A stretch of 64,000 bases of DNA, taken from the NCBI RefSeq assembly GCF_003018255.1, contig NZ_CP027440.1; one strand, 5' to 3'. A program made the translations under genes and the position numbers. The notes below the pieces were generated by a model. It made no database searches and was not told the DNA's origin. It saw only the letters and a list, made by a program, of their open reading frames with translations. Within the stretch, counting starts at the first letter, position 1; the number at the start of each line of letters is the position of its first letter. Positions 1-14,076 of the stretch are shown here, piece by piece. The stretch comes from Escherichia coli. Lineage in GTDB: Bacteria > Pseudomonadota > Gammaproteobacteria > Enterobacterales > Enterobacteriaceae.

Positions 1-1509
1 CTTCAGCCCCAGACGTTTCGCCAGCCGATGCAGGTTGGCGACGTCGGTTTCCAGCATCCGCGCACAGGCGGCCCAGTTGTGATGATTTTGCGCCAGTGCC
101 TGACGAATGGTTTCACGCTGGAACGCTTCTGTCGCTTCACGCAGGTTTTGCTTAACGATAGGCACCGCCGCCGCTTCTGGCGGCGGCAACGTCACCTCAG
201 GAAAAGCAAAATGTTGCGCCTCAAGAATCACTTCATCGCCGCTGCGAGTGGCTCTCGACAGTACTACCGCCCGATGAATAGCATGTTCCAGTTCGCGCAC
301 GTTTCCCGGAAAACTGTAGTGTTGCAGTAAATTTCGCGCCCCGGCACTTAATACCACGCGGGAGAGCCCCAGCCGCAAACGACACTGCTCGCAGAAATAC
401 CCCGCCAGCAGAATGACATCATCGCCCCGCTCACGCAGCGGCGGCACCGAAAGTGGAAACACGCTCAGGCGATGAAACAAATCGGCGCGGAATCGCCCTG
501 CCAGCACCTCTTCGCGTAAATCGCGGTTAGTCGCCGCCAGCACGCGCACATCGACCCGCAAACTGCGGTCATCGCCAACGCGCTGAATATCGCCATACTG
601 CAACACCCTCAGCAGCTTGGCCTGCAATGCCAACGACAACTCGCCGATCTCATCGAGAAACAGCGTGCCGTTATCCGCCATTTCAAACTTCCCGCTGCGG
701 TTACTGATAGCACCAGTAAACGCCCCTTTCACATGCCCGAACAACTCACTTTCCGCCACACTTTCCGGCAGTGCGGCACAGTTGAGATAGACCAGCGGAT
801 TCACCGCCCGTGGCGAGGCTTCATGAATCGCTTTCGCCACCAGCTCCTTACCGGTTCCCGTCTCACCGCTAATTAAAACGTTGAGATCGGATGCCGCCAC
901 AATCTCAATCTCTTTTTTCAATTGCGTCATGCCTGGGGACAAACCAATCATCTGCGTCTGTTTCACCGCTTCAAACGGCGCGGCATCGCCTGGCAGCATA
1001 TTCTGGCTTTCCAGTTGTTCAATCAGTAACGCATTACTTAACGCTCCCGCCGCCAGTGCGGCAATCAGCCGTAGCTCTTCGTCGCTGAAAACATCGAACT
1101 GATCGGGCTGCATCCCGTCGAGCGTCAAGGCACCGATCAGGTTTTGCCCGGCAAACAACGGCAAACCAACGCAGGCGTGAACCTTCAGACTCTCCTGCCC
1201 TGGAATCAAACCGTCATAAGGATCGGGCAATTCGCTGTCTGCGGGAAAGCGCACCACATCACCCGCGCGGGCAATCGCTTCCAGCCGTGGATGACCTTCC
1301 AGCGCAAAGCGTCTACCGAGTACATCCTTCGCCAGCCCGTCGATGGCAAGCGGAATAAACTGCCGCGAGTCGTAACGTAGCAACGCAGACGCATCGCACT
1401 CCAGCACCTGACGCAGCGTGGTGATCAGGCGCTGAAAACGATCCTGATGACCAATCCCACGCTGCAATTCGATGGCGATATTCGCCAGCACATCAACGGA
1501 AAAACTCAT
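1..1509 (-). CDS. norR: Anaerobic nitric oxide reductase transcription regulator NorR (sigma54-dependent activator); start ATG at 1509-1507, last ~2 codons and stop lie left of the window
   Basis: Minus-strand frame translated by hand: N-terminus [12 protein letters not shown]..., AAA+ motifs GETGTGKE and GAFTGA, C-terminus ...LAKRLGLK at window edge; divergent from norV. Not in ORF track because no stop codon within window. Confidence 0.9.
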   Translation of the reverse strand, partial: MSFSVDVLANIAIELQRGIGHQDRFQRLITTLRQVLECDASALLRYDSRQFIPLAIDGLAKDVLGRRFALEGHPRLEAIARAGDVVRFPADSELPDPYDGLIPGQESLKVHACVGLPLFAGQNLIGALTLDGMQPDQFDVFSDEELRLIAALAAGALSNALLIEQLESQNMLPGDAAPFEAVKQTQMIGLSPGMTQLKKEIEIVAASDLNVLISGETGTGKELVAKAIHEASPRAVNPLVYLNCAALPESVAESELFGHVKGAFTGAISNRSGKFEMADNGTLFLDEIGELSLALQAKLLRVLQYGDIQRVGDDRSLRVDVRVLAATNRDLREEVLAGRFRADLFHRLSVFPLSVPPLRERGDDVILLAGYFCEQCRLRLGLSRVVLSAGARNLLQHYSFPGNVRELEHAIHRAVVLSRATRSGDEVILEAQHFAFPEVTLPPPEAAAVPIVKQNLREATEAFQRETIRQALAQNHHNWAACARMLETDVANLHRLAKRLGLK

Positions 1510-1521
1510 CTTTGCCTCACT

Positions 1522-1577
1522 GTCAATTTGACTATAGATATTGTCATATCGACCATTTTATTGATAGTCATTTTGAC
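1522..1577. promoter_or_regulatory. Three NorR enhancer sites (GT-N7-AC inverted repeats) in the norR-norV intergenic region
   Basis: GTCAATTTGAC (1522-1532), GTCATATCGAC (1543-1553), GTCATTTTGAC (1567-1577) read directly from sequence. Confidence 0.85.
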
Positions 1578-1632
1578 TACTCATTAATGAGCACAATTTT
1601 ATTTATAGAGTAAAAACAATTAGATAAAAAAC

Positions 1633-1648
1633 TGGCACGCAATCTGCA
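1633..1648 (+). promoter_or_regulatory. sigma54 promoter of norVW (-24 TGGCAC / -12 TGCA)
   Basis: CTGGCACGCAATCTGCA about 50 nt upstream of norV ATG with GG-N10-GC spacing. Confidence 0.85.
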
Positions 1649-1695
1649 ATCAGCAAGACATCTTTTTAGAACACGCTGAATAAATTGAGGTTGCT

Positions 1696-3135
1696 ATGTC
1701 TATTGTGGTGAAAAATAACATTCATTGGGTTGGTCAACGTGACTGGGAAGTGCGTGATTTTCACGGTACAGAATATAAAACGCTGCGCGGCAGCAGCTAC
1801 AACAGCTACCTCATCCGCGAAGAAAAAAACGTGCTGATCGACACCGTCGACCATAAATTCAGCCGCGAATTTGTGCAGAACCTGCGTAATGAAATCGATC
1901 TGACGGATATCGATTACATCGTAATTAACCATGCTGAAGAGGACCACGCCGGGGCGCTGACCGAACTGATGGCACAAATTCCCGATACGCCGATCTACTG
2001 TACTGCCAACGCTATCGACTCGATAAATGGTCATCACCATCATCCGGAGTGGAATTTTAATGTGGTGAAAACAGGCGACACGCTGGATATCGGCAACGGC
2101 AAACAGCTCATTTTTGTCGAAACGCCAATGTTGCACTGGCCGGACAGCATGATGACTTACCTGACAGGCGACGCGGTACTGTTCAGTAACGATGCTTTCG
2201 GTCAGCACTACTGCGACGAGCATCTGTTCAACGATGAAGTGGATCAGACGGAGCTTTTCGAGCAGTGCCAGCGTTATTACGCCAATATCCTGACGCCGTT
2301 CAGCCGCCTGGTAACGCCGAAAATTACCGAGATCCTGGGCTTTAACTTACCAGTCGATATGATAGCGACCTCTCACGGCGTGGTATGGCGCGATAACCCG
2401 ACGCAAATTGTCGAGCTGTACCTGAAATGGGCGGCGGATTATCAGGAAGACAGAATCACCATTTTCTACGACACCATGTCGAATAATACCCGCATGATGG
2501 CCGATGCTATAGCCCAGGGTATTGCGGAAACCGACCCACGCGTAGCGGTGAAAATTTTCAACGTCGCCCGAAGCGATAAAAACGAAATCCTGACCAATGT
2601 CTTCCGCTCAAAAGGCGTGCTGGTCGGCACTTCGACGATGAATAACGTGATGATGCCAAAAATCGCCGGGCTGGTGGAGGAGATGACTGGTTTACGCTTT
2701 CGTAACAAACGCGCCAGTGCTTTCGGCTCTCACGGCTGGAGCGGCGGTGCGGTGGATCGTCTTTCCACACGCCTGCAGGATGCGGGTTTCGAAATGTCGC
2801 TTAGCCTGAAAGCCAAATGGCGACCGGACCAGGACGCTCTGGAGCTATGTCGTGAACACGGTCGCGAAATCGCCCGTCAGTGGGCGCTCGCGCCGCTGCC
2901 GCAGAGCACGGTGAATACGGTGGTTAAAGAAGAAACCTCTGCCACCACGACGGCTGACCTCGGCCCACGGATGCAGTGCAGCGTCTGCCAGTGGATTTAC
3001 GATCCGGCAAAAGGCGAGCCAATGCAGGACGTTGCGCCAGGAACGCCGTGGAGTGAAGTTCCGGATAACTTCCTGTGCCCGGAATGCTCCCTTGGCAAAG
3101 ACGTCTTTGACGAACTGGCATCGGAGGCAAAATGA
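1696..3135 (+). CDS. norV: Anaerobic nitric oxide reductase flavorubredoxin
   Basis: ORF track 479 aa; metallo-beta-lactamase-like N-terminus, flavodoxin-like core, C-terminal rubredoxin CxxC...CPxC (CSVCQW...CPEC). Confidence 0.96.
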   Translation: MSIVVKNNIHWVGQRDWEVRDFHGTEYKTLRGSSYNSYLIREEKNVLIDTVDHKFSREFVQNLRNEIDLTDIDYIVINHAEEDHAGALTELMAQIPDTPIYCTANAIDSINGHHHHPEWNFNVVKTGDTLDIGNGKQLIFVETPMLHWPDSMMTYLTGDAVLFSNDAFGQHYCDEHLFNDEVDQTELFEQCQRYYANILTPFSRLVTPKITEILGFNLPVDMIATSHGVVWRDNPTQIVELYLKWAADYQEDRITIFYDTMSNNTRMMADAIAQGIAETDPRVAVKIFNVARSDKNEILTNVFRSKGVLVGTSTMNNVMMPKIAGLVEEMTGLRFRNKRASAFGSHGWSGGAVDRLSTRLQDAGFEMSLSLKAKWRPDQDALELCREHGREIARQWALAPLPQSTVNTVVKEETSATTTADLGPRMQCSVCQWIYDPAKGEPMQDVAPGTPWSEVPDNFLCPECSLGKDVFDELASEAK

Positions 3136-4265
3136 GCAACGGCATTGTGATCATTGGTTCGGGCTTCGCCGCCCGCCAACTGGTGAAAAATATTCGCAAA
3201 CAGGACGCCTGTATTCCATTAACCCTGATTGCCGCCGACAGCATGGATGAGTACAACAAACCGGACCTCAGCCATGTTATCAGCCAGAGGCAACGTGCCG
3301 ATGACCTTACCCGCCAGACGGCGGGTGAATTTGCCGAGCAGTTTAATCTGCACCTGTTTCCGCACACCTGGGTAACGGATATCGATGCCGAAGCCCATGT
3401 GGTGAAAAGTCAGAATAATCAGTGGCAATACGACAAGTTAGTGCTGGCAACCGGTGCCAGCGCCTTTGTCCCGCCAGTGCCCGGGCGTGAGTTAATGCTG
3501 ACGTTAAATAGTCAGCAAGAGTATCGCGCCTGTGAAACGCAACTGCGGAATGCCCGACGCGTGTTGATTGTTGGCGGTGGCTTGATTGGTAGCGAACTGG
3601 CGATGGATTTTTGTCGTGCAGGCAAAGCGGTCACGCTAATCGACAACGCTGCCAGTATTCTGGCAGCGTTAATGCCACCGGAAGTAAGCAGCCGCTTGCA
3701 GCATCGGTTGACGGAGATGGGCGTTCATCTGCTGTTAAAATCTCAGTTGCAGGGGCTGGAAAAAACGGATTCTGGCATTCTGGCAACGCTGGACCGCCAG
3801 CGCAGCATCGAAGTGGATGCGGTAATTGCCGCCACCGGACTGCGCCCGGAAACCGCCCTGGCACGACGCGCCGGGCTGACGATTAATCGCGGCGTTTGCG
3901 TCGATAGTTATCTGCAAACCAGTAATGCCGATATTTATGCGCTGGGCGATTGCGCGGAAATTAACGGTCAGGTATTGCCGTTCCTCCAGCCGATTCAACT
4001 TAGCGCGATGGTGCTGGCAAAAAATCTTCTCGGCAATAACACGCCGCTGAAACTCCCGGCGATGCTGGTGAAAATCAAAACGCCGGAATTACCGCTGCAT
4101 CTGGCAGGCGAAACCCAGCGTCAGGATTTACGCTGGCAAATTAATACCGAACGCCAGGGAATGGTGGCGCGCGGTGTTGATGATGCCGACCAGCTTCGCG
4201 CCTTTGTGGTCAGTGAGGATCGGATGAAAGAGGCGTTTGGATTGTTGAAAACGTTGCCGGTGTAG
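3132..4265 (+). CDS. norW: NADH:flavorubredoxin reductase
   Basis: ORF track 377 aa; FAD/NAD dinucleotide-binding GxGxxG motifs ([16 protein letters not shown]); 4-nt overlap with norV stop. Confidence 0.95.
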   Translation: MSNGIVIIGSGFAARQLVKNIRKQDACIPLTLIAADSMDEYNKPDLSHVISQRQRADDLTRQTAGEFAEQFNLHLFPHTWVTDIDAEAHVVKSQNNQWQYDKLVLATGASAFVPPVPGRELMLTLNSQQEYRACETQLRNARRVLIVGGGLIGSELAMDFCRAGKAVTLIDNAASILAALMPPEVSSRLQHRLTEMGVHLLLKSQLQGLEKTDSGILATLDRQRSIEVDAVIAATGLRPETALARRAGLTINRGVCVDSYLQTSNADIYALGDCAEINGQVLPFLQPIQLSAMVLAKNLLGNNTPLKLPAMLVKIKTPELPLHLAGETQRQDLRWQINTERQGMVARGVDDADQLRAFVVSEDRMKEAFGLLKTLPV

Positions 4266-4284
4266 GCGAGCTACAGTGCCCCAA

Positions 4285-4466
<182 letters not shown>

Positions 4467-4488
4467 TGGTGTCCAAATGCAACACGCT

Positions 4489-6741
4489 TTATCCGTTCTG
4501 GACTTCACCCGCTAACCAGCGCGCCGCAGCAATAACCCCCTGCCCCAGAGACAATCCACCATCGCCCGCCGGTAAACTCTGCGGGAAGAGCAACGTAAAA
4601 TCAGCAAGATAATGCGCCAGACGTGCACGCAGCAAACGGTTATGAATAACTCCGCCGCTAAATACCAGCGTAGTGATACCCCGCATCGTGGCCTGCTCAC
4701 GCATCAACGCGGCAAAACCCTGCGCCAGCGCATCATGAAACGCCCACGCGCGTTGATTAACCGGAGCCTGCCAGCTCAGCCACTGCTGCCAGAAAGTGGC
4801 GAGATCCAGTTGATTGTCCACCAGCGGCATCGTCACCGGATGCGTCACTCCGTCGCACGAAGCTGCGAGCGCCTCCAGAGCACAAGCCGCTTCACCTTCA
4901 TAACTTAACGTGGCTGGCGCACAGCCCAGTCCCGCCGCCACAGCATCGAACAAACGCCCACACGATGACGCCAGCGGCGCGTTAATTCCACGCTCAATGG
5001 CCCGCGCCAGCACGCTCCAGTTTTGCTGTTGCACACTTGCCGTTTCAGGGTAATTCTGCCACTCCGGCACAAAGCGCAGGCACTGCGCCAGCAGGTTACG
5101 CCACGGCTGCTTCGCCGCCAAATCGCCCCCAGCAAGCGCCACTGCAGGCAAGCCGCCCAGGTGCTGGCATTCGCGATAGTTCACCCGCAGGCACTCGCCG
5201 CCCCACAAAGCGCCGTTCTCCCCCATACCGATACCGTCGAGCGTCAACGCAATGACATCACCGCCATCCAGTGGCCAGTGATGTTCTGCCAGACACGCCG
5301 CCGCATGAGCATGATGATGCAGCACCGTTTGCGTCGGCAGATTCATCTCACGCGCCCACTGGCTGGAGACATAGCCCGGATGCGCGTCATGCACAACGTA
5401 TTGCGGGGTGAAATCGTAGATGTTTTGCATCAGGCGTAACGCTTCGCGCCACTGCATCTGGATGCCATCGTCACTTAAATCGCCCAGATGCTGGCTCAAC
5501 ACCGCTTGTTCACCGCGCACCAGGCAGAAGGTATTTTTCAGATCCGCGCCGAGACACAGCACAGGCGGAACATTTTTAAAGCCCGGAGGCAAAGCCAGCG
5601 CATCCGGCACATACCCCCGCGAACGGCGCAGCATTTCGCCGCTTTCGCGCACCACCGAATCATCCATCCGCTGCACGATGTCGCGGTTATGTATCAAGAA
5701 TCCGTCGGCAATGCCCTGCAAATCCGCCAGCGCCTGTTCGTTGCTGATAGCCGGTGGTTTACCGCTCAGGTTGCCGGAGGTCATCACCAGCGGGCATTGC
5801 AGTTCCTGTAACAGCAAATGCTGGAGCGGGTTCGCAGGCAACATCACCCCAACTTCGTTAAGGCCAGGGGCGATATCATCACAAAGCTCAGGAACGTATT
5901 TTTTATCCACCAGCACAATCGGCGCGGCGGGTGTGGTAAGCAACTGACGGGCAGCGTCTGGTAAACCTTCTGCCACTGGCAACATAACCGCCAGCGGTTT
6001 CGCCGGGCGATGTTTGCGCGCCCGCAGTGTCGCCACCGCGTTACTGTTACGCGCATCGCAGGCGAGATGAAATCCGCCAATCCCTTTGATGGCGACAATG
6101 TTGCCCATTTTTAACTGTGCGATAGCTGCCTGTAATGCCGCCTCTTGTTCTGCATGTTCACCATGACTTACCCATTCAAGATGGGGGCCACACTCCGGGC
6201 AGGCCACCGGCTGGGCGTGGAAGCGACGATCGAGCGGGTCACGGTACTCTTTGTCACAGGCCGGACACAGCGGAAACGCCGCCATCACGGTAAACGGGCG
6301 GTCGTAAGGCATGGCGCGAATAATGGTGAAACGCGGACCACAGTGAGTACAGTTGATAAACGGATAACGCCAGCGTCGTTCGCCTGGGGTATTCATTTCG
6401 GCAAGACAAGCAGGGCAAGTCGCGGCATCCGGGACAATTTGCGTATTCATGACGCCACCCGCGCTCTGGCGGATGGTGAACTCAGTGGGCAGTTGTGACC
6501 AGATAAACGGCTCACGCTCGACGCTATCAATACGCGCCAGTGGCGGGCAGTGCTGATGCAACTGCACAAGAAACGTTTCCGGATCTTCCAGCAGCCGGAC
6601 TTCTACGCCATCGCCGTCATTACAGACATCGCCGTGAAGATTTAATTGCTGTGCCAGTTGCCAGACAAACGGACGAAAACCGACGCCCTGCACTTTGCCA
6701 CGAATACGCAGTTGGACACCGCAAGATGTGTTTTTTGCCAT
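4489..6741 (-). CDS. hypF: [NiFe]-hydrogenase maturation carbamoyltransferase HypF
   Basis: ORF track 774 aa frame; start placed at internal Met ([19 protein letters not shown]...) giving 750 aa; acylphosphatase domain, two CxxC zinc-finger pairs, YrdC and Kae1-like regions. Confidence 0.94.
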   Translation of the reverse strand: MAKNTSCGVQLRIRGKVQGVGFRPFVWQLAQQLNLHGDVCNDGDGVEVRLLEDPETFLVQLHQHCPPLARIDSVEREPFIWSQLPTEFTIRQSAGGVMNTQIVPDAATCPACLAEMNTPGERRWRYPFINCTHCGPRFTIIRAMPYDRPFTVMAAFPLCPACDKEYRDPLDRRFHAQPVACPECGPHLEWVSHGEHAEQEAALQAAIAQLKMGNIVAIKGIGGFHLACDARNSNAVATLRARKHRPAKPLAVMLPVAEGLPDAARQLLTTPAAPIVLVDKKYVPELCDDIAPGLNEVGVMLPANPLQHLLLQELQCPLVMTSGNLSGKPPAISNEQALADLQGIADGFLIHNRDIVQRMDDSVVRESGEMLRRSRGYVPDALALPPGFKNVPPVLCLGADLKNTFCLVRGEQAVLSQHLGDLSDDGIQMQWREALRLMQNIYDFTPQYVVHDAHPGYVSSQWAREMNLPTQTVLHHHAHAAACLAEHHWPLDGGDVIALTLDGIGMGENGALWGGECLRVNYRECQHLGGLPAVALAGGDLAAKQPWRNLLAQCLRFVPEWQNYPETASVQQQNWSVLARAIERGINAPLASSCGRLFDAVAAGLGCAPATLSYEGEAACALEALAASCDGVTHPVTMPLVDNQLDLATFWQQWLSWQAPVNQRAWAFHDALAQGFAALMREQATMRGITTLVFSGGVIHNRLLRARLAHYLADFTLLFPQSLPAGDGGLSLGQGVIAAARWLAGEVQNG

Positions 6742-6893
6742 TGAGTTATTCCCGCCATCATGAATTGCGTAACCCGCCCAGCCGGACACGACAGCGTCGC
6801 ATCCGGCAGTCACAGGTCGGCGATACTGCCCGCTTCGTATTCTACGAATATTTCCGGGAATTCCTTTGATGCCAGAACAGTTCAGTAAGATTT

Positions 6894-7421
6894 TTAGAAC
6901 ATCAGCGCCGTACGGCGACGTTTTTCTGCGCTCAGTTGTTCAAGTTTATTACGATCGACACAAATCAGCGCATGGGTCGGGCAAGCCGCCATACACGCCG
7001 GGCCGTCTTCACGATGGTTGCACAGGTCGCATTTATTGGCTTCGGCTTTGTCAGCCCGTACATTCAGCCCCGCGCCGCTGTTGCGAATCACCGGACGTAC
7101 CACCACTTCCATCGCGCCATACGGGCAAGCCACAACGCAGGTTTTGCAACCAATACAACGTTCCTGCATCACATGAACAAACCCTTTATCACGACTGATA
7201 GCACCATTCGGACAGACGTTAGCGCACGGTGCATCTTCACACTGACGGCAAACTGTCGCCGTGGAAATGTTCACACCTTTAATGACATGGATTCGCGGTA
7301 AAAAAGTTTCCGGGGTCAGCGATGCACAGTCCTGATTTTCCTGATGAGAAACCACGCACGCCACTTCACAGGTACGGCAACCAATACATTTACTCGCGTC
7401 AGCAATGATGAAACGGTTCAT
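6894..7421 (-). CDS. hydN: Electron transport protein HydN (4Fe-4S ferredoxin-type)
   Basis: ORF track frame 180 aa, start placed at [15 protein letters not shown] (175 aa); multiple CxxCxxCxxxCP ferredoxin motifs; upstream of hypF in same orientation. Confidence 0.93.
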   Translation of the reverse strand: MNRFIIADASKCIGCRTCEVACVVSHQENQDCASLTPETFLPRIHVIKGVNISTATVCRQCEDAPCANVCPNGAISRDKGFVHVMQERCIGCKTCVVACPYGAMEVVVRPVIRNSGAGLNVRADKAEANKCDLCNHREDGPACMAACPTHALICVDRNKLEQLSAEKRRRTALMF

Positions 7422-7569
7422 CAAATTCTCCAGCAATGACAGTTAATGCGCCGATACATTCACAAATCATGCCAGTTTTTAATTTACTGTTATTTAAAGA
7501 AATTAAATTCTGTAATGCAGGAAAAACGATGTCATCGACACTAGTGACGATGACATGTGATGACAATGT

Positions 7570-8580
7570 TTATCGCGAAAGAGCAATGAGGGAGTCGCGG
7601 CGGATCAGTTTTCCGCTGAAGGTTTTCGGCGGTGTGTAAGCACCACCATCGAGCATAAATATCAGCCGCCCAATTATTTCCTGAATCATCTCAGTCACCG
7701 GAATTTTTACGCTGGAGAGCGCCGGAACGGTGTAGGGGGCAATAGCGATATCATCGAATCCGATAACTGACACCTGCTCTGGCACCGCTACGCCGCGCTC
7801 GTGTAACGCTTTCATCGCACCTATCGCCATATCGTCGTTACTGGCAACTAACGCGCTAAATTTAGCCCCACGTTCGAGCAACATTTCTACCCCTTCGGCC
7901 CCGCTGGCAGGCGTCCATTTACCGTTAGCGATAAGTTTTTCATTGAGCGCAATACCATGCTGCGCCAGCGCGTCTTTATACCCGGCAAGACGTTCAACGC
8001 TGGTGGGGGAATCCATCGAACCGGTAAGGAAAGCAATCTCCTGATGTCCGGCGTTTATCAACTCTGCCACGGCGTTAAAGCTGGTCTGTTTATGATCGCA
8101 CCAGACGCTATGGCTGCTGTTTTTGCGCAGGCGGCGATTAAGCACCATTATCGGCTGACTGTGTGCGTCAATGATGTCATCAATCTCATCCACGCTTAAA
8201 AAACGCGGGTAAATCATAATGGCGTCGCAGCGCAAATCCAGCAGATACTGAATCGCCTGGCGCTCTTCTTCGGCGCTGTGTTTACCATCTGCCAATAGCA
8301 ACTGTCGCCCTTTCTCTTCCGCCATTCGCGCGGCATGAAAGAGTAATTCACTAAAATAAATGCCGTGGTAAAGCGTGTTGGTCACGACCAGCCCCAGCGT
8401 CTGAGTACTCTTCGCCGACAGATTGCGCGCCAGCAAGTTTGGACGGTAACCGCTCTCTTCTACCGCCTGAAACACGCGATCTTTAGTCTCCTGGCTGACG
8501 TAGCCATTACCTGAAAGCACGCGGGAAACGGTCGCTTTTGAAACCCCGGCGCGCTTCGCCACTTCCAGCATCGTCGTCAT
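7570..8580 (-). CDS. ascG: LacI/GalR-family repressor of the asc operon
   Basis: ORF track frame 358 aa; start placed at MTTMLEVAKRAGVSKATVSRV (HTH) giving 336 aa; divergent from ascF. Confidence 0.92.
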   Translation of the reverse strand: MTTMLEVAKRAGVSKATVSRVLSGNGYVSQETKDRVFQAVEESGYRPNLLARNLSAKSTQTLGLVVTNTLYHGIYFSELLFHAARMAEEKGRQLLLADGKHSAEEERQAIQYLLDLRCDAIMIYPRFLSVDEIDDIIDAHSQPIMVLNRRLRKNSSHSVWCDHKQTSFNAVAELINAGHQEIAFLTGSMDSPTSVERLAGYKDALAQHGIALNEKLIANGKWTPASGAEGVEMLLERGAKFSALVASNDDMAIGAMKALHERGVAVPEQVSVIGFDDIAIAPYTVPALSSVKIPVTEMIQEIIGRLIFMLDGGAYTPPKTFSGKLIRRDSLIALSR

Positions 8581-8839
8581 CATTTTCATCCCTTTACACG
8601 CAATCAACGCAGTGTACTGCACCGTTTGCCGATTGTCCTTGCGCAATCGGCGGGAAAAATATTCAGGTGACCGGTTTCACAAATATAAAAAATGAACAAT
8701 TAACTCTCTTGCTTATTCAGTGACAACTATTCATGATTTTGTGAAACCGGTTTCCTAATTCCGTTTCAGCATCGGCATTTTTCCGTCACGTCGACTGATA
8801 ACAACTACATCTACCCTACTGATAACAGGATAAAATCCG

Positions 8840-11730
<2,891 letters not shown>

Positions 11731-11739
11731 GTAACAGTG

Positions 11740-11822
11740 CCGGATGCGGCGTGAACGCCTTATCCGGCCTACATGTCGCACGAACCAGGTAGGCCCGATA
11801 AGCGCAGCGCATCGGGCAATCT
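11740..11822. repeat. REP elements between ascB and hycI
   Basis: GCCGGATGCGGCGTGAACGCCTTATCCGGCCTAC and inverted partner GTAGGCCCGATAAGCGCAGCGCATCGGGCA. Confidence 0.85.
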
Positions 11823-11887
11823 GGCGTTTGCTATCAGTTCTGATTCCCTCATCAAGAACATCCCTGTCCTGATTCCTTACTGAAAAA

Positions 11888-12358
11888 CTACTCTTCTTCC
11901 ACCGCTAACTGCGCGAATCCGCCATTCCCTTCCCAGCCTTCCAGTCGTTGATAAACGGTTTCTACCGCATCTTTAATCGGCTGGGTCATCGGGTAGTAAA
12001 AGCCGACGATATCCGGCTGGATGCCGAGGAAAATCACTTCGCCAATGTCTTCTTTTAACTGGTCGATAAGGTAGTTCAACGGCATGTTATGGGTAGTCAT
12101 CATAAACATCTCGGCGATATCATCCGGATCGATGATGCGGATCTCGCCGGGGTTTAACCCCATATCCGTGGCGTCGACAATCAGCAGCCGTGTCGGGCGC
12201 AGTTCGCGGATGGCGACGATGTCGTTTTCCGGAGCGCTACCGCCGTCAATCACCACCCAGTTACCTTTCGGCGCGGCGGCGCACTTTTCCGCCAGCAGCG
12301 GGCCTGCGCCATCATCGCCCATCATGCTATTGCCAACACAAAGTAAAACGTCAGTCAC
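11888..12358 (-). CDS. hycI: Hydrogenase 3 large-subunit maturation endopeptidase
   Basis: ORF track 156 aa; [23 protein letters not shown]-terminus typical of HycI/HybD protease family; last gene of hyc operon. Confidence 0.95.
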   Translation of the reverse strand: MTDVLLCVGNSMMGDDGAGPLLAEKCAAAPKGNWVVIDGGSAPENDIVAIRELRPTRLLIVDATDMGLNPGEIRIIDPDDIAEMFMMTTHNMPLNYLIDQLKEDIGEVIFLGIQPDIVGFYYPMTQPIKDAVETVYQRLEGWEGNGGFAQLAVEEE

Positions 12359-12761
12359 GCAGTCTCCTCACCATCAAATAGATGGCGTTTTCCTGATGAA
12401 TATCATGCAGCATACTTAACAGCATTGTACTCCATTCTTTCTGCTGCGAAGTTTGCGCTGCCCGGGCTTTATCGAATGCGTTAGCCAGCATCGGCACATG
12501 GTTAATGTCGATGACGATCTCACCATATTTCGGCACGCCTTCCATTTTGCGGCGGGCTTCGCTGCCCGCCTCCAGAGTGGCAATCCATGCCAGATAGTCA
12601 TCCCACGGGCAGGTAAGCGCCGCTTCCAGGCAATCGATAACCCCAAGGTGGTGACCAATCGCCAGGCTGTAATAGACCACCTGCTGCGCCTCGGCGGGCG
12701 TAGCATCGTTCTCATCAATAAATTTACGGCTCAGTTGACTGAACACCACCTTTTCACTCAT
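12351..12761 (-). CDS. hycH: Formate hydrogenlyase maturation protein HycH
   Basis: ORF track 136 aa; position between hycG and hycI, overlapping junctions. Confidence 0.92.
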   Translation of the reverse strand: MSEKVVFSQLSRKFIDENDATPAEAQQVVYYSLAIGHHLGVIDCLEAALTCPWDDYLAWIATLEAGSEARRKMEGVPKYGEIVIDINHVPMLANAFDKARAAQTSQQKEWSTMLLSMLHDIHQENAIYLMVRRLRD

Positions 12762-13525
12762 CGGATACGCGCCTCTTCAACAACATGATTCAGATGGCTG
12801 ACAATCTCGTTCAGACGCGGATCGTTTTCCGCTTCCAGCCAGCGTGCAACCTGTTCTTCGCCCTGCCCTAACTGTGTAAGGTAATCATCGGCAATCTGAC
12901 GACCGTAACGATAACCCGCCAGGCGGCGTGCTTCGCGATCCACTTTCACACGCAGCGGCTGCACCATATCGCCATGCAGGATCTCCGCCGGTTGTTCATC
13001 CTGCTCACCCGGCCCACGGGCGTGAATTTTCTGCTCCAGCAGGCCGAGCGCCATTGCAAAGCCGTATAGCGTAGCGGCAGGCGTTGGCGGGCAGCCAGGG
13101 ATGTAGACATCTACCGGGACGATTTTATCCGTACCGCCCCACACGCAGTAGAGATCGTGGAAGATCCCACCACTGTTACCGCAGGCACCGTAGGAGATAC
13201 AGATTTTCGGGTCCGGCGCGGACTGCCACGCACGCAGCGCAGGGGATCGCATTGCACGGGTGACCGCGCCGGTAAACAGTAAAATATCCGCATGACGCGG
13301 TGAAGGAACGACTTTAATGCCGAAGCGTTCTGCATCAAACAGCGGCGAAAGCGTGGCGAAAATTTCGATTTCGCAGCCGTTGCAGCCACCGCAGTCCACG
13401 CGGTAAACGTAGGCAGAACGTTTGATTTTTTTCAGTAACGACGCCTTCATGCTGGCGATGGATTCATCCACCGTCATCGGGACCGGAATGCCGTTGGCGT
13501 CACGGGGGCCTAATAAATTGCTCAT
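12758..13525 (-). CDS. hycG: Formate hydrogenlyase (hydrogenase 3) small subunit
   Basis: ORF track 255 aa; NuoB-like small subunit with conserved Cys ([14 protein letters not shown]). Confidence 0.95.
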   Translation of the reverse strand: MSNLLGPRDANGIPVPMTVDESIASMKASLLKKIKRSAYVYRVDCGGCNGCEIEIFATLSPLFDAERFGIKVVPSPRHADILLFTGAVTRAMRSPALRAWQSAPDPKICISYGACGNSGGIFHDLYCVWGGTDKIVPVDVYIPGCPPTPAATLYGFAMALGLLEQKIHARGPGEQDEQPAEILHGDMVQPLRVKVDREARRLAGYRYGRQIADDYLTQLGQGEEQVARWLEAENDPRLNEIVSHLNHVVEEARIR

Positions 13526-14067
13526 CAGATGGCCTCTTTCATATGGCGAGTCAGTTCAATACGGTCGGACGGCACCAGGCATTTCTGGCGCTTACATTCC
13601 GGGCAAGTCTCAAAGCTTTCGCGGTGGTTTTCCGCGCGGCTGTCACCATTGTGCTTAAGCAGCGCAATGGCGTAGTCGATCTCTTTCTGGACGGCGAAAG
13701 GACGATTGCAGACGCGGCAGTTGCACAGCGCGAAGCGGGACTGTTGGAGGAAGTCTTCTTTCTTCCACACCGCCAGTTCGTACTCTTGCGACAGTTTGAT
13801 CGCCGCCGTCGGGCAAACTTCTTCGCAGCGTCCACAGAAGATGCAGCGCCCGAGATTAAACTCCCAGGCCAGCTCTCCTGTGGCGAGGTCGGTTTCAACC
13901 GTTAAGGCGTTTGACGGGCAGGCATTGACGCAGGCCGCGCAGCCGATGCACTGCTGCGGGTTCTGCTCTGGCTTACCACGGAAGTTTTTATCAACCGCAA
14001 TCGGCTCCAGCGGATAAGACGAGGTCGCCGTGCCGGTTTTGATGACTTTTTTGATAAAGGTAAACAT
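13525..14067 (-). CDS. hycF: Formate hydrogenlyase iron-sulfur subunit
   Basis: ORF track 180 aa; two 4Fe-4S CxxCxxCxxxCP motifs. Confidence 0.95.
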   Translation of the reverse strand: MFTFIKKVIKTGTATSSYPLEPIAVDKNFRGKPEQNPQQCIGCAACVNACPSNALTVETDLATGELAWEFNLGRCIFCGRCEEVCPTAAIKLSQEYELAVWKKEDFLQQSRFALCNCRVCNRPFAVQKEIDYAIALLKHNGDSRAENHRESFETCPECKRQKCLVPSDRIELTRHMKEAI

Positions 14068-14076
14068 GGCGATTCC

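Noticed and set aside
4489-6813. Longer upstream-extended reading frames for hypF (774 aa), and likewise for ascG, hycE, fhlA, rpoS, surE, cysH, cas1, cas2, hydN and hypC
   Set aside because: In each case the conserved protein N-terminus begins at an internal Met with better RBS spacing; the longer frames are ORF-finder extensions to the first in-frame ATG.
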